From the NCBI GenBank assembly GCA_027452085.1, contig DAIDHG010000010.1, positions 1-26,101 on the forward strand: a DNA stretch of 26,101 bases, given 5' to 3'. The notes beneath the pieces were generated by a model. That model was not told the DNA's origin, searched no databases, and was given only the letters and a program-made list of their open reading frames with translations. Of this stretch, positions 1 through 7,652 are shown piece by piece. How positions within the stretch are numbered: the first letter of the stretch is position 1; each line of letters starts with the position of its first letter. The position numbers and the translations under genes are program-made. Source of the stretch: a bacterium. GTDB taxonomy: Bacteria > Babelota > Babeliae > Babelales > JABCYS01.

Positions 1-2
1 AA

Positions 3-986
3 GGCTGTGCAGTAAGTTCAGTCATTATTAAAGGCGTTAACAACGAGTTTGCGTCTGTCCCCGGCGTTGTTGAAGACGTGATGCAGCTGGTGCTAAATAT
101 CAAGCAGATCGTTATTAAAAATAAAAGCGGTAAACCAGGCACCATGCGCTTGCAAGTGAATGGTCCAGCAACGGTTAAAGTGTCAGATATTAAGCCTGAG
201 GATCATCTTGAGTTGGTCAATGGTGATCATGTGCTTGCGCATGTTGCAACCGATGGCATTCTCGACATCACATTCTTTGTTGAAAATGGTCGTGGCTATC
301 GTGAAGCACAATGGCCAGCTGATAAGGCATTGGCTGAAGACGGCCGCATCTACCTTGATGCAATGTTCTCGCCAATTCGCCGTGTAAGCTACGATGTTGA
401 AAAGACCCGTGTTGGCGGTGAAATCGATTACGATAAATTAACACTGAATGTAGTGACCGACGGTTCTGAACACCCAGTTGAAGTAACGCACTATGCTGTT
501 TCTGTGTTGCGCACGCAACTTGAACATTTCCTTGGCAAACCAGAAATTCCATTTAATGAGATTTCTCGTGAACAAGCCGCTGCTGCTCCAATTGAAACAG
601 TAGTTGCTCCAGAGAAGGTTGAAGCAGTTGAAGAAGGCGAACAAAAGCCGTTGAATATGTTGCTTCGACCTATCGAAGATCTTAACCTTTCAGTTCGCGC
701 CTACAATTGCCTTGTGCATGCGGGTATTAAACGCGTTATTGATTTGGTTAATCTTTCACGAGAGGCCGCTTTAAAGATTAAAAATCTTGGCAGCAAATCA
801 TTGAAAGAGATTGATGATGTGTTGCAAAAGTACCATCTTCACATAGGCATGAATGTGAGCGAAGCCGAAGCGAATGCACAAGAAAAAGAGATGCAAGCAA
901 CGGGTCATGCTCCTGCACACGATGATGCAGAAGATTTCGCTGACGAAGAAAATGATGAATTTGAAAACGACGAAGATCAAGAATAA
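3..986 (+). CDS. rpoA: DNA-directed RNA polymerase subunit alpha (5'-truncated by the window edge)
   Basis: The frame is open from position 3 (GCAVSSVIIKGVNNEFASVPGVVEDV-MQLVLNIK). RpoA motifs: GRGY, LDAMFSPIRRVSY.VE.TRVG, DYDKL, and alpha-CTD IEDLNLSVRAYNCL...IKNLGSKS. Followed by rplQ. Confidence 0.98.
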   Translation, partial: GCAVSSVIIKGVNNEFASVPGVVEDVMQLVLNIKQIVIKNKSGKPGTMRLQVNGPATVKVSDIKPEDHLELVNGDHVLAHVATDGILDITFFVENGRGYREAQWPADKALAEDGRIYLDAMFSPIRRVSYDVEKTRVGGEIDYDKLTLNVVTDGSEHPVEVTHYAVSVLRTQLEHFLGKPEIPFNEISREQAAAAPIETVVAPEKVEAVEEGEQKPLNMLLRPIEDLNLSVRAYNCLVHAGIKRVIDLVNLSREAALKIKNLGSKSLKEIDDVLQKYHLHIGMNVSEAEANAQEKEMQATGHAPAHDDAEDFADEENDEFENDEDQE

Positions 987-1001
987 TTATCAGGAACGAA
1001 T

Positions 1002-1361
1002 ATGAGTAGCCATCAAAGTGGTCGCAGAAAATTAAACGTTACCGCTCCGCACAAACGAGCCATGATGCGCAATCAGGTTATTAGCTTGATTACTAATGGG
1101 CACCTCGTTACTACCAAGCCTCGTGCTAAAGAAGCAAGCCGCTTGGCAGAAAAATTGGTAACTATTGCTCGTGAAGGTAATAATTTCAATACACGCCGTC
1201 GCGTGCATTCGATGTTGCCATACAAGCAAGATGCAATCATCAAGCTGTTCAATGAGATTGCGCCGAAATATGCTGAACGCCAAGGTGGTTACACACGTGT
1301 AATTTCACTTGGTACCCGTGCAAGCGACACGGCGCCCATCGCCCGTGTTGAATGGGTCTAA
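1002..1361 (+). CDS. rplQ: 50S ribosomal protein L17
   Basis: Motifs H.....KL....H.RAMMRN, TTKPRAKE, AEKLVTIA, YAERQGGYTRV, R..DTAPIA; canonical position after rpoA. Confidence 0.98.
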   Translation: MSSHQSGRRKLNVTAPHKRAMMRNQVISLITNGHLVTTKPRAKEASRLAEKLVTIAREGNNFNTRRRVHSMLPYKQDAIIKLFNEIAPKYAERQGGYTRVISLGTRASDTAPIARVEWV

Positions 1362-1381
1362 CCAGGGCGGGAGCCTGCACC

Positions 1382-1549
1382 CATCCCTTGATACAATATG
1401 TACCCCGATCGTCCTCCCCTCGATACAATTCGCTCACGCGAATCACTCGGGGTGAGCGGTGGAGTACATGTATCGTTCCTCTATGCGCCTTCGGCTACTC
1501 GGAATGAGCGAGATCGGGATAGGCGGATCAACGAATCAGGGATGAGCGG
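1382..1549. repeat. Cluster of nested REP-like palindromic elements
   Basis: Related units CCCCTCGATAC-hairpin-CACTCGGGGTGAGCGG (1416-1459) and TTCCTCTATGC-gccttcggc-TACTCGGAATGAGCG (1476-1510). They are enclosed by inverted repeats CCCGATC/GATCGGG (1404-1410/1512-1518) and CATCCCTTGA/TCAGGGATG-AGCGG (1382-1391/1536-1549). Confidence 0.75.
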
Positions 1550-1560
1550 AGATAATTTTC

Positions 1561-1797
1561 GTGAACAATGCGTTCATTACAAAAGAACAAGTGGAGGCCG
1601 TACTTACACAAGTGCGGCCTCTTATTTTGCGAGACGGCGGCGACGTTGAGTTGATCAAGATAGAGGATCAGGTGGTCTACATAAGATTGCTTGGCGCCTG
1701 CACAACTTGCCCCATTTCTCAATTCACGGTAAAGTTTGGTATAGAGGAAGAGCTTAAAAAAGTGATGCCAGCCATTACGGTTAAAGCAGTATCATAA
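1561..1797 (+). CDS. NifU C-terminal (Nfu-type) Fe-S cluster carrier protein
   Basis: VRPLILRDGGDVEL...L.GACTTCP.S..T.K.GIE, the Nfu domain with CxxC. GTG start with GGAG at 1548-1551. Confidence 0.92.
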   Translation: MNNAFITKEQVEAVLTQVRPLILRDGGDVELIKIEDQVVYIRLLGACTTCPISQFTVKFGIEEELKKVMPAITVKAVS

Positions 1798-1835
1798 GCT
1801 TCAAGCAGGGTGTTGTTTGGATAAGCGAGGTCAAC

Positions 1836-2330
1836 ATGTTACAAACAGCTAGAATTCTTATCATTACCTCAGCATTTCTTATTCCAATCAGTGTATGTGC
1901 CAATCCGAGTGCCGAATATACGGAACTGGTAGACCAATATACAGTCGCCAAAAGAGATTTTGCAGTGGCTGAGACGGCGCATAAGCAAAAGCTTGCTGAG
2001 CTGCGTCGGCACATCCAACGAGTAAAAGAACATCCAGAATACAATGACCATTTATATGGACCGGATGAGAGAGAGCTATCTTCATTTGAAGATGCGCCAA
2101 AAAATCAAAATCCATCTCTTACCGAAGGTCCAGCCATGCCACAGAATAAGCCTAACTGGCCACTTCGTACCGTATTTGCCATTGTCGGCGGCGGTGCGGC
2201 CCTTGCCGTAGGTTCATATTGGATCCCCGAGGGGAATGCCCCAATAAAACGCACCATGCCACCCACGGATGAGCTCTACGAAGTGGTGAAAAGAAAATAT
2301 CGCATCCTCGATGAAGAAGACGAATACTAG
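1836..2330 (+). CDS. Hypothetical secreted/membrane-anchored protein
   Basis: SD GAGG; signal-peptide-like N-terminus (..PISVCA/NP), short coiled coil, hydrophobic segment TVFAIVGGGAALAVGSYWI, acidic tail. Confidence 0.8.
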   Translation: MLQTARILIITSAFLIPISVCANPSAEYTELVDQYTVAKRDFAVAETAHKQKLAELRRHIQRVKEHPEYNDHLYGPDERELSSFEDAPKNQNPSLTEGPAMPQNKPNWPLRTVFAIVGGGAALAVGSYWIPEGNAPIKRTMPPTDELYEVVKRKYRILDEEDEY

Positions 2331-2478
2331 CGTATTTGAATCTTTGCACGGCGTGTCAGCCCGACCTGCTGACAAATAGCAAATCAAAATCACAAAAAAA
2401 CAGTATCAATATAAGCATCTAGTCGATGCTGGGATACCTATTTGCACAAATAGAAAGGTGGCCCAGGTGGCACCCCCG

Positions 2479-2507
2479 TTGACGGCAAAAAAGTTACCTT
2501 GCATGCT
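2479..2507 (+). promoter_or_regulatory. Putative sigma70 promoter
   Basis: TTGACG-N17-CATGCT, about 64 nt upstream of the ATG at 2571. Confidence 0.5.
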
Positions 2508-2570
2508 GGTGCTCGTGTTTGTTTAGCGCAGTATGCGCATATTTAATCATTATCTATGGAGGATTCTTCT

Positions 2571-3215
2571 ATGAAGAAACTTACACTTTTAGGTCTAGCG
2601 TTAGTGCTAGCATCTTCTTACGTTATGGCTAATGAGCAAGCTCCTGAAGCTCCAAAAGTTGAAGAAAATAAGCCTGGCTTCTTTTCTCGCAATTGGACCA
2701 AAGCTAAGGAAGCTGCAGTTTCAGCTACGGCTAAAACTAAGGACGGCGTAACATCAGCTCGCGATAAATACGTTAATGCTAACGTTCGTGCAGCTCAGTT
2801 TGCTGGTGACAAGCTTGGTCTTCGTATTGCTGCTAGAAAAGCAGTTGAAAATGGTGAACTAGGCGCTGACGCTGAAGGGTTACCTTTTGAAGGTCCAGTT
2901 GCTGGTCAACCATCTTCAATCCAAGCTCACCCATATCGCACAACTGCAGTGGTAACTTCAGCTGCTCTTGCTGCTGTATACGGTGTTTACAAGCTTGGCC
3001 AAGTGACTGGCGTTAACGCTAAGATCGCTCAAGCGACTAAAACACTTTTGAAGAAACTTGGTTTTGCTTCAAAGGCTGCTCAGGTTGCTGACCTTCAAGA
3101 GCGTATCGAAACTACCAAGGAAATGCTTAAACTGAATCCAGCTCAAAACGTTAAGCGTGAGTTGGTAGATCAGTTAGCTCAGCTTGAAATCGAACTTCAA
3201 ATCGTTCAAGCGTAA
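2571..3215 (+). CDS. Hypothetical secreted/membrane protein, probably highly expressed
   Basis: GGAGG at 2558-2562 favours the start at 2571 (MKKLTLLGLALVLASSYVMA/NE signal peptide). TM-like TTAVVTSAALAAVYGVYKLG, C-terminal helical hairpin, TAATAA double stop. Confidence 0.88.
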   Translation: MKKLTLLGLALVLASSYVMANEQAPEAPKVEENKPGFFSRNWTKAKEAAVSATAKTKDGVTSARDKYVNANVRAAQFAGDKLGLRIAARKAVENGELGADAEGLPFEGPVAGQPSSIQAHPYRTTAVVTSAALAAVYGVYKLGQVTGVNAKIAQATKTLLKKLGFASKAAQVADLQERIETTKEMLKLNPAQNVKRELVDQLAQLEIELQIVQA

Positions 3216-3238
3216 TAATCTTTCCTTCCATTTGAATG

Positions 3239-3272
3239 AGGGGCGGTGCGGTATATACTGCCCGCCCCCTTT
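3239..3272 (+). terminator. Rho-independent terminator
   Basis: Imperfect GC-rich hairpin AGGGGCGGTGCGGT-ATAT-ACTGCCCGCCCCCT followed by a short T run. Confidence 0.75.
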
Positions 3273-3393
3273 CTAGCTAGGAAGGCACGCATAGAGAAAT
3301 GATTAAAATGTCCAAATATGGAGTTTGAAGAAAACAAACATGCATAATGCGCAAGGTAAATGGATGCGCATCGTATTTAAAATGGAGGAAATC

Positions 3394-4494
3394 ATGAAAT
3401 TAAAATCTACTCTACTACTGTTGCTCCTTGGAGCATGGGGTATCAATTCAACTATCTATGCAGTGGCCGATGCAGCCCAGGCCGCACAACCATCAGGTTG
3501 GCGCCGCGCATGGAATAATATTCGATCTAACGCACAATCTTTTTTTAATCCTATGGCTGGCTACGATCAAGATGATGAACCGGAAGTTTTTCAGCCGGCT
3601 GTTGCGCCAGAGCCTGAGCATGATGAAGCTCAAGCACGACCGTTCTCTTCGCAAGCTCAAGAGTTTGTGCACGCTCAATACAATCAAGCTCGAGAATTAA
3701 TGAATCATGGTCGTCAGCGTATTGGCCAAGCTGTTAATAACGGCGTTCAGCAGGCGCGATCTGCAATTCGTGAGCGCATTCGCCAAGAACTTGTCGGTGC
3801 AGTGCAAGCAGAAATACATGACGTGCAACATAACCCTCAGCGGCAGGCCGAACTTATTGCAAACGCACGGAATATGGCCGCGGCAGCTATTAATTCCCGG
3901 GCTGGCCAAGAGGCCGTGGCGGCAGCTCGAGCACAAATACCTAATGTTATCAATGGCGTAGCTGCTGAAATGCAACGACCAGAAAATGTACGCGCGTTTG
4001 AGAATATGGCTGATCAGCTTTTGCATGGTAATCATCAACAAACAGTGTTTGCCAAAATACGCGAAGCTATCATGGAAAACACGCGCCCGATTCGCTGGGG
4101 GCTCACTTCATTCGGTGTGCTTGGCAGTATATGTTTGGCTTACAAAATCGGTGTTTGGTTGAAGAATAAATTCTTTGGCCCCCTGCCCGCTCAAGATGTT
4201 TTTGAGAACGAGCTGCCTGATTCCTTTGAAGATCGTAATCTACGAAATCGTGTTTTCGCTGCTCAGCCAGAGTTGATGCCCAATGATGAGCTGGTTTCGG
4301 CGCAAGATCGAGCGAACGTGGCACAGGCTGTTGGTCGCCATCAGGCCTTTTTAAAATCCCAAAAGCTCAATGCGACGGTGCGTGAGATGGCCAAGGCCCA
4401 ACTTGAGGTGTTACAGCGGGCAAATAATAACGTGGATGCGCTCGCCAATTTAAAGCTTGATCTTGGCAATTTGGCTATGGCTTTCGATGCCTAG
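3394..4494 (+). CDS. Hypothetical secreted/membrane protein (Ala/Gln-rich, helical)
   Basis: GGAGG at 3384-3388 favours the start at 3394 (MKLKSTLLLLLLGAWGINSTIYA signal peptide). TM-like WGLTSFGVLGSICLAYKIG, C-terminal helical hairpin. Confidence 0.85.
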   Translation: MKLKSTLLLLLLGAWGINSTIYAVADAAQAAQPSGWRRAWNNIRSNAQSFFNPMAGYDQDDEPEVFQPAVAPEPEHDEAQARPFSSQAQEFVHAQYNQARELMNHGRQRIGQAVNNGVQQARSAIRERIRQELVGAVQAEIHDVQHNPQRQAELIANARNMAAAAINSRAGQEAVAAARAQIPNVINGVAAEMQRPENVRAFENMADQLLHGNHQQTVFAKIREAIMENTRPIRWGLTSFGVLGSICLAYKIGVWLKNKFFGPLPAQDVFENELPDSFEDRNLRNRVFAAQPELMPNDELVSAQDRANVAQAVGRHQAFLKSQKLNATVREMAKAQLEVLQRANNNVDALANLKLDLGNLAMAFDA

Positions 4495-4628
4495 ACGCCA
4501 ATAGTTTTCATATTGTAAGGATTTGGGGGTAAGCCCGTTGACTCGAGCGGCAAACCCTTTACCTTGGAATTATCATGAAATGGGGAAATGGAGGTTTTCC
4601 CATGCAATCACAAATGGAGGTTAATTGC

Positions 4629-5636
4629 ATGAAATTCAAATCATTATTTATAGCCCTGGGCCTATTAAGCCCTCTGGCATTACTACCATCATCACAAGCA
4701 CCGGCAGCTTCAGCAAACCAATTGCTCCGAGAAGCAAATGCGGCTCGCCGCGAACGGCAAGCTCAAGTAGCGCAGCGACCAGCCCAGCAAGGCGGCAATG
4801 CGCCTATGACTATAGCTCGATTGCAAGAGCAAGAGCGTGAGCGCGAAGAAGCGGCTCGCCGTCAAGCTGAAGAAAATAGACAACGTGAAGAGCAACAACG
4901 ACGTGAGCGTGAGCAGGCGCAACAACAAGTTGCCAATGCCGCCAATGCACAGGTAGCACAAGCGCAAATTAATGCCGCGCAAGCGCAACGAGATGCAGCC
5001 CAGGCTCAACAGCAAGCCGCGCAGCAGCAACAACGAGCATACGAGCAACAGCAGCAACAAATGACTGCCTTGCAAGAACAGATGCGCCGTCAAGCTGAAG
5101 AGATGGCCTCACTACGTATGGCTATGCAACTTGAAGCTGAAGAGCGTGCACGATCGGCTAAACCATTTTCAGCTGCTCAGCAAGAGCGCAAAGAGGGTGA
5201 ACCAATGCGCCAATCATCCAGCCAAAATCAACAGCGCCCGGCCCGAAATATGCAAGAGCAAGTTGATAATAGCATTGGCCAACTTGATGGCTTTATCCAA
5301 GATGCCGGATCATCAGCATTAGGTTTTGGCCGCCGAATCCTTGGTCAAGTAAATGGCCAGGCTCAATCAATCGAGCAGGTATATAATTCAGCCGTGCACC
5401 AAGGTGATGCTGTACTCGGAGAATTTGATCAGTTTTTACGCGAAGAAGTAGCACCGGTTATGACTGGTGTTGGTAAGATCGTTACCAAAATGACCTCTTT
5501 GAATCAATACTGGAATCCAGGCAAGGACGATCGCCCACGAAATAATAATCGCAACAATGCGAATAATAATCGTCCAAGCAATGCAAATTCTCGCCCACAG
5601 GCGCCGAATAATGCATTTAAGAAAGCTGGCCTATAA
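4629..5636 (+). CDS. Hypothetical secreted Gln/Ala/Arg-rich coiled-coil protein
   Basis: GGAGG at 4616-4620 favours the start at 4629 (MKFKSLFIALGLLSPLALLP). Long Q/E/R/A coiled coil and an Asn/Arg-rich tail. Confidence 0.85.
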   Translation: MKFKSLFIALGLLSPLALLPSSQAPAASANQLLREANAARRERQAQVAQRPAQQGGNAPMTIARLQEQEREREEAARRQAEENRQREEQQRREREQAQQQVANAANAQVAQAQINAAQAQRDAAQAQQQAAQQQQRAYEQQQQQMTALQEQMRRQAEEMASLRMAMQLEAEERARSAKPFSAAQQERKEGEPMRQSSSQNQQRPARNMQEQVDNSIGQLDGFIQDAGSSALGFGRRILGQVNGQAQSIEQVYNSAVHQGDAVLGEFDQFLREEVAPVMTGVGKIVTKMTSLNQYWNPGKDDRPRNNNRNNANNNRPSNANSRPQAPNNAFKKAGL

Positions 5637-5661
5637 AAAATATTTTTAACGAGGAACTACT

Positions 5662-6171
5662 ATGAAGTTAAGAAATATATTAAACATCGCACTGGCATCC
5701 CTGATGCTTGCATCAACCGTGCCAACACTGCAGGCAAATCCGGCAGCAGCGCAACCAGGTGATTCATTTAGATCAATGATTACACCGTTGACGCTTGGTA
5801 TGTTTGCCTTGACCTATATCGGCATGAATGCTCACTACTGGCAAAAGGTGAATGATCGCCCAACGGCAACCCGTTGGGATAAATTGCGCCAAGCACAGCA
5901 AAATGATATTGCTGGTTGGTATAATTATGCATCCAATAGCCTGCGCTGGTTCCGTAATGAATTTAGATCATTCTTTGGTCTTGTTTCATTTGACCAGGGT
6001 GAAGGATATGCTCCAGAGAATTTTGATGTGCGTACTCATGCGCAAAAGCAACAAGAGCAAGAAGATGCAGAATTGGCTCGAAGATTACAAAATGAGCAAA
6101 ATCAACGAGCTCATGGAGCACGTGCCAATGCTCGACGCCCTGCAAATGCGCGGCCTGCGGCACGACGATAA
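5662..6171 (+). CDS. Hypothetical secreted/membrane protein with MIU-like motif
   Basis: SD GAGGA; signal peptide (..PTLQA/NP), hydrophobic segment LTLGMFALTYIGM, QEQEDAELARRLQNE, Arg-rich tail. Confidence 0.85.
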   Translation: MKLRNILNIALASLMLASTVPTLQANPAAAQPGDSFRSMITPLTLGMFALTYIGMNAHYWQKVNDRPTATRWDKLRQAQQNDIAGWYNYASNSLRWFRNEFRSFFGLVSFDQGEGYAPENFDVRTHAQKQQEQEDAELARRLQNEQNQRAHGARANARRPANARPAARR

Positions 6172-6213
6172 ATAAGGTCTTACCCTTACTGGGTAAGCGG
6201 TCATAATTTTATC

Positions 6214-6242
6214 AGGGAGTCCATTTGGGCTCCCTATTTTTT
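6214..6242 (+). terminator. Rho-independent terminator
   Basis: AGGGAGTCC-ATTT-GGGCTCCCT followed by ATTTTTT. A second hairpin CTTACCC-TTACT-GGGTAAG lies at 6179-6197. Confidence 0.85.
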
Positions 6243-6319
6243 GTGCGCTCGCGTAGACAAAGTGAGAGCTCTGGGGCAAGCTATTGGCAACTTTTTATTG
6301 CGTTGACGGAGTTTTACCT

Positions 6320-7603
6320 ATGCAAAGAATAATCTTGCTTCTCGCTTTATTGTGTGCGCCATCTATGCAAGCCACAAATGCAACACCTGGCAGCAGCGTT
6401 GCAACCTTTGCACCACAACCATTGCCCAGCCCGGTACCATTGGCACCTCAACCATCATCGGAGGCGACTGACGAAGATATCTATCGACAAATGTTGTCTG
6501 AATTGCCTGAAGACGCGGTGAATCGGGGTCTTGCCGACCATCTAGGTGGCCGGCCGGCAACCTGGGGTAGAAATAATCCTCTGACCAGAGCAGCTCTTGC
6601 TCGAGCATCAGATCAATTTAATGCAGACGGTGATCCGCAAGCTCCCTTGGTGGGTGATGAACCATCAAAGAACACATTTAGTGGCCTTGGGATACCGGCG
6701 GCTGAGCTGAATAGTGCTGCATCACCAAGCCAATCGGCACAAGGGTCTGACGCGGGGGCTCCGGAAGATGATTCTTCTGGTAGTGATGCATCTGATAGCG
6801 ATGATGATGCCGATATTATCTATTCCCAGATTTCTCGATCTACCGAAACGCAAGCTACCCAATGGTTTAACACCGGTAAAAGGCCAGTCGATCCTATTGA
6901 TGAAGATGATGAAAAGGGTGGTTATGCAGCGGCAGTGGCCGCGGCTGTGAACCAGCCGGCACAGCCTGCCAATGAAGCGCCCGCGCCGGCCGGAAAAAGT
7001 GATGGCATCAAAAAAATTGAAGCTGGATTGCGGCAGCGTGCATCTGAAAAAAATATTTCTGATGCAGCGGCAAGCATGGAAGCGCAACCCGATCTGGTAA
7101 CCCCACACTTTCCTCCTATGGGCACCAGCACGGGAAGCCCGAGCAATATGGCCGCGGCTTTGGCAGCAATTGGAGAAGGAGTGCATCAAGCCAATGAAGT
7201 AGACATGACACATAAGCGCTTAGAAGAGCTGCGCAAACAAAAAGATGAGGCAAAGGGTAAGTCGCCAGCCGGCGAGCAGCCAGAATCTGCAAGCTTTTTG
7301 AGCAAGAAGCCACTCTATGCGTTGGCAGGTGCTTGTTGCGCAGGCGCCTGTTTGCTCGGAGCTGAATATGCCGGATACGATATGCTGGCGATTGATCTTT
7401 CGGGCATGCTCGTTCGAATGAAATATCGACTGATGCTGGCGTTCGATCGCCTAAGCGCAGAAGAGATTCAAGAGGAAATTGATCAGCGCACTCAAGCATT
7501 GCATGACCAAGCGCTGACCGAAAAGAAACGGGCCTCGTTGGTTAAGGATATTCAACTGCTCCAAGCAGCTTTGATTAAGGCGCTCAAAGAGCACGGTGCA
7601 TAG
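6320..7603 (+). CDS. Hypothetical secreted low-complexity protein with C-terminal TM and helical hairpin
   Basis: GGAG at 6308-6311 favours the ATG at 6320 (MQRIILLLALLCAPSMQA). P/S/D/A-rich disordered body; TM-like LYALAGACCAGACLLGA. Confidence 0.85.
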   Translation: MQRIILLLALLCAPSMQATNATPGSSVATFAPQPLPSPVPLAPQPSSEATDEDIYRQMLSELPEDAVNRGLADHLGGRPATWGRNNPLTRAALARASDQFNADGDPQAPLVGDEPSKNTFSGLGIPAAELNSAASPSQSAQGSDAGAPEDDSSGSDASDSDDDADIIYSQISRSTETQATQWFNTGKRPVDPIDEDDEKGGYAAAVAAAVNQPAQPANEAPAPAGKSDGIKKIEAGLRQRASEKNISDAAASMEAQPDLVTPHFPPMGTSTGSPSNMAAALAAIGEGVHQANEVDMTHKRLEELRKQKDEAKGKSPAGEQPESASFLSKKPLYALAGACCAGACLLGAEYAGYDMLAIDLSGMLVRMKYRLMLAFDRLSAEEIQEEIDQRTQALHDQALTEKKRASLVKDIQLLQAALIKALKEHGA

Positions 7604-7624
7604 AAAACTATAATTTTATAATAC

Positions 7625-7652
7625 GGGGCGGCAGTACATGCTGCCCTTTTTT
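7625..7652 (+). terminator. Rho-independent terminator between convergent genes
   Basis: GGGGCGGCA-GTACA-TGCTGCCCT followed by a T run. Confidence 0.75.

Noticed and set aside
900..986. Acidic C-terminal tail of RpoA
   Set aside because: Low-complexity acidic tails on RpoA are common.
1382..1549. CRISPR array or tRNA
   Set aside because: The units differ in sequence and are nested rather than regularly spaced; there is no cloverleaf and no cas gene.
1398..1649. 83-aa ORF across the REP cluster, and other short alternative-frame ORFs in the track
   Set aside because: These are shadow ORFs overlapping well-supported genes or repeats, with no recognisable motifs.
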